The notes beneath the pieces are model-generated. The model had not been told where the DNA came from, did not search any database, and worked only from the letters and a program-made list of their open reading frames with translations. A DNA stretch of 64,000 bases. Origin: an uncultured Solirubrobacterales bacterium. Lineage in GTDB: Bacteria; Actinomycetota; Thermoleophilia; Solirubrobacterales; 70-9. The stretch covers positions 9,662 through 73,661 of the forward strand of contig CAVYWS010000007.1 in NCBI GenBank assembly GCA_963772265.1, written 5' to 3'. The number at the start of each line of letters is the position of its first letter. Position 1 is the stretch's first letter. The position numbers were made by a program, and so were the translations under genes. Shown here one piece after another: positions 11,303 through 20,364 of the stretch.

Positions 11303-11523
11303 GTAGGCCGCTGTGGCGAGCAGCTCGAGGTCCTCCGCCCCCAGGGACGCATCCCGATCGGCGCGAGACAGCGCCTCGTGGGCGTCCAGCCACGCCCCCT
11401 TCAGGCAGGAGTCCCGACCTCGTTCGAGCTCTTCGATGGGTTCAGCTTAAGAAACCCCGGCGGCCGGGGGCCAGCGGGAATCTTGTCCGAGCCGCCGCTC
11501 GCCCGTGCGCCGGGTCCTGCCGA

Positions 11524-12378
11524 CTACTGCGCCGGCAGGGCGAAGAAGGCGACGGCGGCGAACTGGGCCGCCGCGGCGGCGATCACGAGCAGGTGAAAGA
11601 CCTCGTGGTAGCCGAACACGGCGGGGTTGGGGTTCGGCCGCTGGGTCGCGTAGACGACTGCGCCGATGGTGTAGAGCAACCCGCCCGCCGCGACCAGCAG
11701 CGTCCCGGCCACCCCCAGCTCGCTCCAGAGCTCGGGGAAGGCGATGATCGCGACCCAGCCCAGCTGCAGGTAGATGATCGCCGTCACCCACTTCGGCGCC
11801 TCGATCCAGATCATCTCGACGATCGAGCCGGCCAGCGCTCCGACCCAGACCGCGATCAGGATCGCCGTCGCCAGCGTCCCGTGCAGGACCAGCAGCGCGA
11901 ACGGCGTGTAGGTGCCGGCGATCAGCAGGAAGATCATCGTGTGGTCGAGGCGCCGCATCCAGAGCCGGGCCCGGGGGCGGCGCCAGTTGACCCGGTGATA
12001 CAGGGCGCTGGTCCCGAACAGGGCCGAGAGGCTGACCGCGTAGATCGCCACCGCCAGGGTCGCCTTCGGGGTGTCGGCGGCGACGATCAGGCCGGCGCCG
12101 AGGAAGAGGGAGACGAAGAAGGCCCACTCGTGCGAGACCCCGCGCAGCCGCGGCTTGACCGCGGCGATCGCGTCGGCGGCCGCGTCGCGGGCCGCGGTGG
12201 CCCGTTCGCCGACCGCGTCGCGGGCCGCGTCGGCTCGCTCGCCCATCGCCTCGCGGGCGGCGTCGACGCGGTCGCCCATCGCGTCGCGGGCGGAGCCCAT
12301 GCGGTCGCCCATCGCGTCGCGGGCGGCGTCCATTCGCTCGCCCATCCGTTCGGCGCCCCTTCGCAGATGGTCGACCAC
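11524..12378 (-). CDS. hemolysin III / PAQR-family 7-TM protein with repeat-containing N-terminal extension
   Basis: Motifs HEWAFFVSL, SALYHRV, LDHTMIFLLIAGTYTP and FGYHEVFHLLV. Confidence 0.8.
   Translation of the reverse strand: MVDHLRRGAERMGERMDAARDAMGDRMGSARDAMGDRVDAAREAMGERADAARDAVGERATAARDAAADAIAAVKPRLRGVSHEWAFFVSLFLGAGLIVAADTPKATLAVAIYAVSLSALFGTSALYHRVNWRRPRARLWMRRLDHTMIFLLIAGTYTPFALLVLHGTLATAILIAVWVGALAGSIVEMIWIEAPKWVTAIIYLQLGWVAIIAFPELWSELGVAGTLLVAAGGLLYTIGAVVYATQRPNPNPAVFGYHEVFHLLVIAAAAAQFAAVAFFALPAQ
12160..12357 (-). repeat. about six tandem 33-bp (11-codon) coding repeats in the N-terminus of the PAQR protein
   Basis: Protein units GAERMGERMDA / ARDAMGDRMGS / ARDAMGDRVDA / AREAMGERADA / ARDAVGERATA / ARDAAADAIAA. 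The DNA unit ...gtcgcccatcgcgtcgcgggcgg... recurs. Confidence 0.7.
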
Positions 12379-12451
12379 GACGCCAGATTAACGGCCAGCG
12401 GGGGCCGGTGTGTGAGCAAGGGGCGATCACCGCCAGGCGTCAATCCCTGAC

Positions 12452-12465
12452 CGCTATATGTAGCG
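12452..12465. promoter_or_regulatory. candidate NrdR box upstream of nrdR-nrdJ
   Basis: The near-palindrome cgCTATATGTAGcg lies about 55 nt upstream of the nrdR GTG. It resembles the published NrdR-box core (CTATAT.TAG). I could not find a convincing partner box. Confidence 0.4.
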
Positions 12466-12519
12466 TTTTGCGAGATTCGAGGAAGGATCTGGACCCCATC
12501 CCTAGTAGAATTTGATGCC

Positions 12520-13029
12520 GTGCAGTGTCCACTCTGCCAGGCGAGCAGCAAGGTGCTCGAGAGCCGCGGGGCCGAAGCCGGCGCCGCGACCCGGCGCCGC
12601 CGCGAGTGCGCCGAATGCGGCCACCGCTTCACCACCTACGAACGCTACGAGCAGGCGCTTTTCGTCCGCAAGCGAAACGGCCGCCGGCAGCCGTTCGACT
12701 CCGCCAAGCTGCGGGGCGCGCTGGTCCGGGCGGCCCACAAGCGGCCGGTGAGCGAGTCGGAGATCGACACCCTCACCGCGAGCATCGAGTCGGCGCTGAT
12801 CGAAGCCGGCGGGGAGATGGGAAGCGACGCGATCGGCGGGCTCTGCCTCGAGGGGCTGCGCAAGGTCGATCGCGGCGCATATCTGCAGTTCGCCGGGACG
12901 CTGCCCTCCCAGGAAGTCCAGATGCTCGCTCTTGATTCGGAATTTGCAGGATCTTTGCGAGCCGGTTCCGTCCGGTCGAAAAGCAATCCTGCGGAGTCCA
13001 CGTCAAGACCCCGATCGAGGAGAGAGTGA
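12520..13029 (+). CDS. nrdR: transcriptional repressor NrdR (Zn ribbon + ATP cone); 3' end doubtful
   Basis: MQCPLCQ...CAECGHRFTTYE and an ATP-cone region ...DRGAYLQFAG. The last ~35 codons (about 12925-13029) have non-coding-like third positions. Confidence 0.75.
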   Translation: MQCPLCQASSKVLESRGAEAGAATRRRRECAECGHRFTTYERYEQALFVRKRNGRRQPFDSAKLRGALVRAAHKRPVSESEIDTLTASIESALIEAGGEMGSDAIGGLCLEGLRKVDRGAYLQFAGTLPSQEVQMLALDSEFAGSLRAGSVRSKSNPAESTSRPRSRRE

Positions 13030-15845
13030 TGTCCAAGAGCGCCGCCAGCACCACCGCAACCACCAGTCACGGGCTGGCGATCGAGCGACGCTTCAGCTCT
13101 GCCGACATCCATCCCTTCGACGAGGTCGAGTGGGAGACCCGCGACGCCGTGATCGGCGATCCCGACGACCCGGCCTTCGAGCAGCGCGGGGTCGAGTTCC
13201 CCAAGAGCTGGTCCCAGAACGCGACCAACATCGTCGCCCAGAAGTACTTCCGCGGCAAGCAGGGGAGCGAGGAGCGCGAGAGCTCGGTCAAGCAGATGAT
13301 CGGCCGCGTCGCCGGCACTATCGCCGCCTGGGGACGCGAGGGCGGCTACTTCGCGACTGCCGAGGACGGCGACGCCTTCGAGGCCGAGCTGACCTCGATC
13401 CTGCTGGACCAGAAGGCCGCCTTCAATTCGCCGGTCTGGTTCAACGTCGGCTTCGAGGAGCGTCCGCAGTGCTCGGCCTGCTTCATCCTCAGCGTCGAGG
13501 ACACGATGGAGTCGATCCTCGATTGGAACACCAAGGAGGGGATGATCTTCCGCGGCGGCTCCGGCTCGGGGATCAACCTCTCCAACATCCGCGGCTCGGT
13601 CGAGCACCTCTCCAAGGGAGGCCTCGCCTCCGGCCCGGTCAGCTTCATGCGCGGCGCCGACGCCTGGGCGGGGACGATCAAGTCGGGTGGCAAGACCCGG
13701 CGCGCGGCGAAGATGGTCGTGCTCAACGTCGACCACCCCGACATCGAGGACTTCATCTGGTGCAAGGCGCGCGAGGAGGAGAAGGCCGCGGCGCTGCGCG
13801 ACGCCGGATTCGACATGCGGATCGATTCCGACTCCTTCCATTCGATCCAGTACCAGAACGCCAACAACTCGGTCCGGGTCACCGAAGAGTTCATGTCGGC
13901 GGTCGAGGCCGGAGACGACTGGGACCTGCTCGCCCGCACCAGCGGTGAGGCGACCAGGACGCTGCCGGCCCGCGAGCTGATGAACCAGATCGCCGACGCC
14001 GCCTGGCGCTGCGCCGATCCGGGCGTCCAGTACGACACCACGATCAACCGCTGGCACACCTGCCCGGAGTCGGGGCGGATCAACGCCTCGAACCCCTGCT
14101 CGGAGTACATGCACGTCGACGACTCCGCCTGCAACCTCGCGTCGCTGAACCTGATGCGCTTCCGGCGCGCCGACGGGACCTTCGACGTCGACGACTTCAC
14201 CCACGCGGTCGACATCGTCTTCCTCGCCCAGGAGATCATCGTCGGCTGCTCCAGCTACCCGACCGAGGGCATCGCCCGCAACGCCAACGCGTTCCGCCAG
14301 CTCGGGCTCGGCTACGCCAACCTGGGCGCGCTGCTGATGTCCGACGGGCTGCCCTACGACTCCGACCAGGGCCGCTCGGTCGCCGCCGCGATCACGGCGC
14401 TGATGACCGGCCGCGCCTACCGGCGCTCGGCCCAGATCGCCTCGGCGATCGGCCCGTATGAGCAGTACGAGCTCAACCGCGAGCCCCACAACGAGGTGAT
14501 GCGGATGCACCGCGACGCCGCCTACGAGATCGACGAGTCCCTGGTCGAGGACGGACTGCTGCACGCCGCCCGCCACGAGTGGGACGAGGCGGTCGCGGTC
14601 GGCGAGCAGTACGGCTACCGCAACGCCCAGGCGACGGTGCTGGCCCCGACCGGGACGATCAGCTTCCTGATGGACTGCGACACGACCGGGATCGAGCCCG
14701 ACTTCTCGCTGGTCAAGTTCAAGGAGCTGGTCGGCGGCGGACAGATGACGATCGTCAACCGCTCGGTGCCGCTGGCGCTGCGCACCCTCGGCTACTCCGA
14801 TCAGCAGATCGAGCAGATCGAGGCCCACATCAACGAGAAGGGCACGATCATCGGCGCCCCCGGGCTCGAGGACGAGCACCTGCCGGTGTTCGACGTCGCG
14901 GTCGGCGAGCGGGCGATCTCCCACACCGGCCACATCGACATGATGGCCGCGACCCAGCCATTCATCTCGGGCGCGATCTCGAAGACCGTCAACCTGCCGC
15001 AGACCGCTTCGGTCGAGGACATCGCCGACGCCTACAGGCGCGGCTGGAAGGGCGGCCTGAAGGCGCTGGCGATCTACCGCGACGGCTCGAAGACCGCGCA
15101 GGCGCTTCGCACCGACGCCCAGGACGAGATCGAGGCGGCGGTTGAGGAGGAGGTCGCGAAGCGGACGCCGGAGCGCGAGCGGATGCCGCGCGAGCGCGAG
15201 TCGATCACCCACAAGTTCTCGATCGCCGGCCACGAGGGCTACATCACCGCCGGCAAGTACGAGGACGGCCGCGTCGGCGAGATCTTCCTCACCGACATCG
15301 GCAAGGAGGGCTCGACCCTGCGCGGGATGATGAACGCCTTCGCGACCGCGATCTCGATCGGCCTTCAGTACGGCGTGCCGCTCGAGGTGTTCGTGCGCAA
15401 GTTCAGCTACATGCGCTTCGACCCGGAGGGGATAACCAAGAACCCGGAGATCCCGTTCGCCAAGTCGATGCCCGACTACATCATGCGCTGGATGGCGAGC
15501 CGCTTCATCGACGACCCCGACTACCTCGAGGAGCTCGGCATCCTCACCGAGGAGGTACGGGCCCGCCGCGAGGCCGAGCATGCCGGACTGGAGACCGACA
15601 CCAACGGATCCGGCAACGGGCACGCCAAGGGCGAGAACGGCCACGCCAACGGCTCGACCGAGACCAAGCCCGAGGCCGAGGCGGTGCCGGCGGCGAAGGC
15701 GCTCACCGACACTCCCCCGGTTCGCCCGGCGGCGATGTCAGGGCCCGAGCTCGGCCCCGCCTGCGACCAGTGCGGCGGGATGATGCAGCGCACCGGCTCC
15801 TGCTACACCTGCTCGAGCTGCGGCAACAACACCGGCTGCGGCTAG
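13029..15845 (+). CDS. nrdJ: class II (adenosylcobalamin-dependent) ribonucleotide reductase
   Basis: 938 aa in an uninterrupted frame. Motifs SACFIL, NPCSEYMH, TGTISFLMDCDTTGIEPDFSL, and the C-terminal Cys cluster CDQCGGMMQRTGSCYTCSSCGNNTGCG. Confidence 0.9.
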   Translation: MSKSAASTTATTSHGLAIERRFSSADIHPFDEVEWETRDAVIGDPDDPAFEQRGVEFPKSWSQNATNIVAQKYFRGKQGSEERESSVKQMIGRVAGTIAAWGREGGYFATAEDGDAFEAELTSILLDQKAAFNSPVWFNVGFEERPQCSACFILSVEDTMESILDWNTKEGMIFRGGSGSGINLSNIRGSVEHLSKGGLASGPVSFMRGADAWAGTIKSGGKTRRAAKMVVLNVDHPDIEDFIWCKAREEEKAAALRDAGFDMRIDSDSFHSIQYQNANNSVRVTEEFMSAVEAGDDWDLLARTSGEATRTLPARELMNQIADAAWRCADPGVQYDTTINRWHTCPESGRINASNPCSEYMHVDDSACNLASLNLMRFRRADGTFDVDDFTHAVDIVFLAQEIIVGCSSYPTEGIARNANAFRQLGLGYANLGALLMSDGLPYDSDQGRSVAAAITALMTGRAYRRSAQIASAIGPYEQYELNREPHNEVMRMHRDAAYEIDESLVEDGLLHAARHEWDEAVAVGEQYGYRNAQATVLAPTGTISFLMDCDTTGIEPDFSLVKFKELVGGGQMTIVNRSVPLALRTLGYSDQQIEQIEAHINEKGTIIGAPGLEDEHLPVFDVAVGERAISHTGHIDMMAATQPFISGAISKTVNLPQTASVEDIADAYRRGWKGGLKALAIYRDGSKTAQALRTDAQDEIEAAVEEEVAKRTPERERMPRERESITHKFSIAGHEGYITAGKYEDGRVGEIFLTDIGKEGSTLRGMMNAFATAISIGLQYGVPLEVFVRKFSYMRFDPEGITKNPEIPFAKSMPDYIMRWMASRFIDDPDYLEELGILTEEVRARREAEHAGLETDTNGSGNGHAKGENGHANGSTETKPEAEAVPAAKALTDTPPVRPAAMSGPELGPACDQCGGMMQRTGSCYTCSSCGNNTGCG

Positions 15846-15849
15846 GCGA

Positions 15850-16320
15850 CTAGCTGCCCTCGCCCTTGAAGTAGTCGACCCCGCTCGAGCGCTCGACGAT
15901 CAGGTCGTCCTGCTTGCCGCGGGTCCAGACGCCGATCTTGTCGCTGTCGGGATAGACGCTGACGGTCGGGTGGATGACGTTGGAGAACATCAGCACCCGC
16001 ACCGCCTTCTCGGTCTGGTTGCGCACGCCGTGCGCGCCTTCCGGCCCGACCGGGAAGCAGACCACGTCCCAGGGGTCGAGCATCTGCTCTCCGTCCGGGG
16101 TGCGAAGCGTCGGCGCGCCCTCGAGCACGAGCAGCCACTCCTCCTCGCCGTGCTCGTAGTGGTAGGGGCAGATCGCCTCGCCCGGCGGCAGCTCGTAGAC
16201 GCTGATCCCGGTCTGTGCCGCGCCGAGCTGCTTGCCGAGCCGCGCCATCCCGGAGCGAAAGCCCTCGGGGTCGTCGGCGTCGTACTCGAACTCCGGCGCC
16301 GCGATGTTGATCCGCCGCAT
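15850..16320 (-). CDS. cupin-domain protein
   Basis: PYHYEHGEEEWLLVLEG...FPVGPEGAHGVRN (two cupin motifs). Confidence 0.6.
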   Translation of the reverse strand: MRRINIAAPEFEYDADDPEGFRSGMARLGKQLGAAQTGISVYELPPGEAICPYHYEHGEEEWLLVLEGAPTLRTPDGEQMLDPWDVVCFPVGPEGAHGVRNQTEKAVRVLMFSNVIHPTVSVYPDSDKIGVWTRGKQDDLIVERSSGVDYFKGEGS

Positions 16321-16358
16321 CGGCCGAAGCTAGCAGCGCTCCCGCGACTTCGTCGGCG

Positions 16359-17516
16359 CTAGCGGAGGTGGAAGCGGCGCAGGATCTTGTAGACGATCGC
16401 CTGCACCCGAACCGTGTCGACCAGGTTGCCGAGCGCGATGTTGGCGTCGACGAGATGCAGGCCCCAGCTCGCGTCGGGGATCGGATGAAGGGTGGGCGCA
16501 CCCGGCAGCCCCGAGATCTGAAGCGCGTTGGCGCCGTTCGCGTACTCGCAGCGGCCGCTGAAGGCCACGGTCTCGATCCAGGGAGTATCGACGGGCGGGA
16601 CGGTGAAGCCGACCGCCCCCGTGACCGCCCCGATCGTGGTGCCGGGCGCAAACGGCGTCGTCGGGAAGACCGACTTCAGCGGCGCCGCGCCGCCGAAGAG
16701 CCGGGCGGGGTTGGCGCACAGCGCCTGCATGCCCGGGGTGCTGGTGCGGGCGAAGAAGGAGTTGGCCGGAACCGGGGCGTTGAAGGTCGAAAAGCCGATC
16801 ACGCATCCGATCTGCAGCGCGAAATGGCAGACCCGAACGTGCTTGAAGGTCCCTCCGACGTCGCCGCCGATCGGCACGTCGATCGGCCCGAGCGGGGTCG
16901 GCTCGCCGAGCAGCAATGCCGAGACCAGCTTGTGGCGCTCGGCGGGATTCGGATCGACCTGCTCGCGCACCAGTCGGGTCAGCATCGCGCTTCCCTGCGA
17001 GTGGCCGATCAGGACCACGCCGCGGCCGTGGTTGTACTTCTGCAGATAGGTGTTCCAGGCGGCGAGGACGTCCGAGTAGGCAAGGTCGAAGCTGGCGGGA
17101 TGAAGGCCGAGGATCCCCTGCAGGGTCACCTGCCTGTACATCGGCGCGAAGACCCGGCACTCCTGCGAGTAGCGCGCCGCCTGGTAGAGGGCGATCGAGC
17201 GCTCCTCGGGATCGACGTTCAGGTTTGCGTTTCCCGTCGGCTGGTCGCTGACGGTCGGATAGACGTAGAAGCAGTCGATCCTCGGGTGCCGAGCCGGCTG
17301 CACGTTGCGTACCCGCAGCGCCTGCCCGCTCGGCGAGACCACGGTCGTCCGCAGGCTCGTCTCGCAGGGGTTGTCGGCGATCCCCGGCTTGCAGAGCCAG
17401 ACCGGCTCGGCGGCCGCGGCGCCGGCGGGTATCAGGGCCAGGGCGCAGGCGCAGAGCAGGACCGCGGCGGCGATCGTCCCGATCGACTTCACAGCTCTTC
17501 CCGGCTGCCTCTCCAT
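16359..17516 (-). CDS. secreted DUF3089-like alpha/beta hydrolase (lipase-like)
   Basis: Signal peptide, IDCFYVYPTVSD and VVLIGHSQGSAML. Confidence 0.6.
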   Translation of the reverse strand: MERQPGRAVKSIGTIAAAVLLCACALALIPAGAAAAEPVWLCKPGIADNPCETSLRTTVVSPSGQALRVRNVQPARHPRIDCFYVYPTVSDQPTGNANLNVDPEERSIALYQAARYSQECRVFAPMYRQVTLQGILGLHPASFDLAYSDVLAAWNTYLQKYNHGRGVVLIGHSQGSAMLTRLVREQVDPNPAERHKLVSALLLGEPTPLGPIDVPIGGDVGGTFKHVRVCHFALQIGCVIGFSTFNAPVPANSFFARTSTPGMQALCANPARLFGGAAPLKSVFPTTPFAPGTTIGAVTGAVGFTVPPVDTPWIETVAFSGRCEYANGANALQISGLPGAPTLHPIPDASWGLHLVDANIALGNLVDTVRVQAIVYKILRRFHLR

Positions 17517-17581
17517 CCTCCGACGGCCATGCTACACCTAGCTGTGCTGTTGCAGCCAAATCCGCGACACGGAGGGAACCG

Positions 17582-18832
17582 ATGCGCTCAGGTGAGATCT
17601 CGGCAGTCGGAAGCTTGGCCGGCGATGCGATCAGCGGACCGGCCGGTCTGGCCAAGGAGGTGCACGGCGCCGTCTCAGACCGCGTCTTCGGAATCCTCGG
17701 CGTGCTCGGGGCGCCGGTCCGGGTCGCCCATGACGCGATCTCCGGGGTTGCCTACCGATCCGCCCACCGGGCGGTCGGGGCGCTTCCGCGGCGAGGCGGT
17801 GCGGCGCTGGCGCAGCTTGCGCCGCCCGAGGCTGCCCGCCTGGCCGACTCGATCGCGGGCAGCATCGGGCTTGGGGTACTGAACGGGGCGTTCGGCGATC
17901 GCCTCGTGCAGACCCACGGCGATCTGGCTCTCGAGCTTTCGATCCGCCATCGTGGCCGCGACCTGGTCGCGGACCGCGACTGCCTCGCAGACGACATCCC
18001 CGACGCGGGCGGCAAGCTCGCCGTGTTCGTGCATGGCCTCTGTGAGACCGACGACGCATGGCACCTGCTGCCGCTCTCGGGCCGGGAGCCGGGACGGCGA
18101 AGCTACGGGTCGCGGCTGCACGACGAGCACGGCTTCACGCCGCTCTACGTCCGCTACAACACCGGCCTTCACATCTCCGACAACGGCCGGCGGCTGGCTG
18201 AGTCGCTGCAGGAGCTGGTCGCGGCCTGGCCGGTCGAGGTGGAGCAGATCATGCTGGTCGGCCACTCGATGGGCGGGTTGGTGAGCCGCAGCGCCTGCCA
18301 CTACGGAGAACGGCACGGACAGGACTGGGTCGAGCAGGTCCGGCACGTCTTCTGCCTCGGCACACCCCACCTCGGGGCGCCGCTCGAGCGCGGCGCCAAC
18401 GCGGCCGGCTGGGCGCTGGGGCGGGTGCGTGAGACGCAGCCCTTCGCGGACCTGGTCAATGGCCGCAGCGCCGGGATCAAGGACCTGCGCTACGGATCGC
18501 TCGTCGAGGAGGACTGGCTCGGCCACGACCCCGATGAGTTCCTGACTGACCGCTGCGGGGAGGTGCCGTTCCTGGCCTCGGCCAACTACTACTTCGTCGG
18601 CGCCACGGTCACCCGTGACCCCGAGCATCCGCTCGGCAGGATCGTCGGGGACGTCCTGGTCCAGTTCTCCAGCGCCTCGGGGCGCGGGGGGAGGCGACAG
18701 GTCCCGTTCGAGCTCGACAAGGGACATCACCTCGGGGGCGTCCACCACATCGGGCTCCTCAACCATCCCGCCGTCTACGAGCAGATCTGCGCCTGGCTGC
18801 GGGGCGCCAGGCATAGTGCAACAATGCGTTAA
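17582..18832 (+). CDS. alpha/beta hydrolase (PGAP1/lipase-like)
   Basis: VFVHGLCETDDAW and LVGHSMGGLVSR. RBS ggaggga lies upstream of the ATG. Confidence 0.6.
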   Translation: MRSGEISAVGSLAGDAISGPAGLAKEVHGAVSDRVFGILGVLGAPVRVAHDAISGVAYRSAHRAVGALPRRGGAALAQLAPPEAARLADSIAGSIGLGVLNGAFGDRLVQTHGDLALELSIRHRGRDLVADRDCLADDIPDAGGKLAVFVHGLCETDDAWHLLPLSGREPGRRSYGSRLHDEHGFTPLYVRYNTGLHISDNGRRLAESLQELVAAWPVEVEQIMLVGHSMGGLVSRSACHYGERHGQDWVEQVRHVFCLGTPHLGAPLERGANAAGWALGRVRETQPFADLVNGRSAGIKDLRYGSLVEEDWLGHDPDEFLTDRCGEVPFLASANYYFVGATVTRDPEHPLGRIVGDVLVQFSSASGRGGRRQVPFELDKGHHLGGVHHIGLLNHPAVYEQICAWLRGARHSATMR

Positions 18833-18906
18833 GGTGTTGCACGCAGCTATGGATCGGCGTGGCGATGCGAGGACGCGTCGCCCCACAGGGATGTGAGGAG
18901 GAGAGC

Positions 18907-20328
18907 ATGTGGTCAGGTAGGTCTCGCCGGATTGGCCTCGTCGTCACGACGGTCGCGTTGGCCTTCGCCCTCGCCACACCGGTCGCCTCGGCGGCCCGTT
19001 TCGAGTGGATGAAGGGCTACAACGACCCCGCCACCCCCGACAACCTCGATCGGGTCGGCGTGCTCAAGGTCGGCCTCCCATGGGCAAGGAACGTCCTCGT
19101 CCTCAATCCCGGGACCTCGGCCGGCGCGGGCTATTTCAAGCCGCTCGCCCAAGACATCGTCCGCCTGACCCGCGGCCGCTGGCAGGTCTGGTCGGTGGAG
19201 CGCCGCGAGAACCAGCTCGAGGACCAGTCGGTGCTCGACGAGTACAAGCAGGGCGGAGCGACCCCGCAGCAGCTCTTCGACTACTACCTGGGCTACCTCG
19301 CAAACCCGAGCGTCACCGACCACTTCCAGCTGATCCCCGACTCGCAGGTCGGCTTCGGCCGCGGCTGGGGGATGAACGTCGAGATCCAGGACCTCCATCG
19401 GGTGGTCGAGGCGGCGCACAGGTTCGGCCGCCGGGTCGTGCTCGGAGGCCACTCGCTCGGCGGCTCGATCACGACCGCCTACGCGACCTGGGACTTCAAC
19501 GGCAAGCCCGGGGCCAAGGACCTCTCCGGCCTGGTCTACATCGACGGAGGCAGCAACCCGGTCCCGGTCACCCCGCAGCAGGCGACCCAGTCGCTGCAGG
19601 CCCTGCAGACGAGCTCGCCGTGGCTGTCCTTCGGCGGAATCCCCGCACCGTTCGCGGGACTCTTCTCGGCGACGGGGTCGTGCGGAACGGTCTTTGACCC
19701 CGACTTCCCCTCGCTCGGCTACTCGTTCCCGCTGCTGCCGGCCAACCTCAAGCCGCCGCTGCCGGCGGGAGTGGTGCCCACCAACGAGGCCCAATACGGG
19801 TTCTCGCTCGACAACGACACCTCGCCGCCGACGCTGGCCGCCGCCCAGGGCCACATCGGCCATCTCGCGACGAGCGGCAACCCGCGGGGCTGGATCGACG
19901 ACGAGATCTCACCGATCAGGCGCTTCGCGGCGATGTTCTGCGGCAAGGGGCTCACCGGCGTCGACGGCACCGCCTGGTATCACCCGCTGCGGCTGACGAT
20001 CGACTCGGGCGCGGTGGCGGACGGCAACGCAAACCCGGCCCAGAGCGTCCTCGACGTCAAGGCCACCCACGGCGATGACCTCGGACGCAAGATGCCGATC
20101 TACGCCTTCGGGGCGGCGCTCGGAGGCGAGGGGGTGCTGGCGACCGCCCGCGTCCTCGCCCAGCAGTCGGGGATTCCCGACAGCAGGCTGACCCTGATCA
20201 ATCGTGCGAGCACCTACTCGCACAACGACCCCAGCTCGGCGAGCCCGAACAACGAGTTCGTGGCCAACCTGATCCCGTTCCTGCGGCGGGTCGACAGGCC
20301 CTGCTTCATCCCCTGGCTCTGTCACTGA
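18907..20328 (+). CDS. secreted alpha/beta hydrolase
   Basis: Strong SD gaggaggag precedes ATG 18907. Signal peptide MWSGRSRRIGLVVTTVALAFALATPVASA and VVLGGHSLGGSITTAY. Confidence 0.6.
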   Translation: MWSGRSRRIGLVVTTVALAFALATPVASAARFEWMKGYNDPATPDNLDRVGVLKVGLPWARNVLVLNPGTSAGAGYFKPLAQDIVRLTRGRWQVWSVERRENQLEDQSVLDEYKQGGATPQQLFDYYLGYLANPSVTDHFQLIPDSQVGFGRGWGMNVEIQDLHRVVEAAHRFGRRVVLGGHSLGGSITTAYATWDFNGKPGAKDLSGLVYIDGGSNPVPVTPQQATQSLQALQTSSPWLSFGGIPAPFAGLFSATGSCGTVFDPDFPSLGYSFPLLPANLKPPLPAGVVPTNEAQYGFSLDNDTSPPTLAAAQGHIGHLATSGNPRGWIDDEISPIRRFAAMFCGKGLTGVDGTAWYHPLRLTIDSGAVADGNANPAQSVLDVKATHGDDLGRKMPIYAFGAALGGEGVLATARVLAQQSGIPDSRLTLINRASTYSHNDPSSASPNNEFVANLIPFLRRVDRPCFIPWLCH

Positions 20329-20364
20329 GCCCGGGGGCAGGCAGTCGGAGGGCGCGCCGGCCGA

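Noticed and set aside
12160-12357. Regular 33-bp tandem repeats that could suggest a CRISPR-like or minisatellite array.
   Set aside because: There are no unique spacers. The repeats are in frame and encode an 11-residue protein repeat within the PAQR gene.
12895-13028. Possible cobalamin riboswitch ahead of the B12-dependent nrdJ.
   Set aside because: I could not recognise the conserved B12-box or the multi-stem architecture by eye. The stretch is short. I kept it only as a non-coding-looking leader.
12645-15644. 999-aa ORF on the minus strand.
   Set aside because: It is antisense to the uninterrupted, motif-rich nrdJ. Its Arg/Gly/Leu/Asp-rich low-complexity translation is typical of spurious ORFs in very GC-rich DNA.
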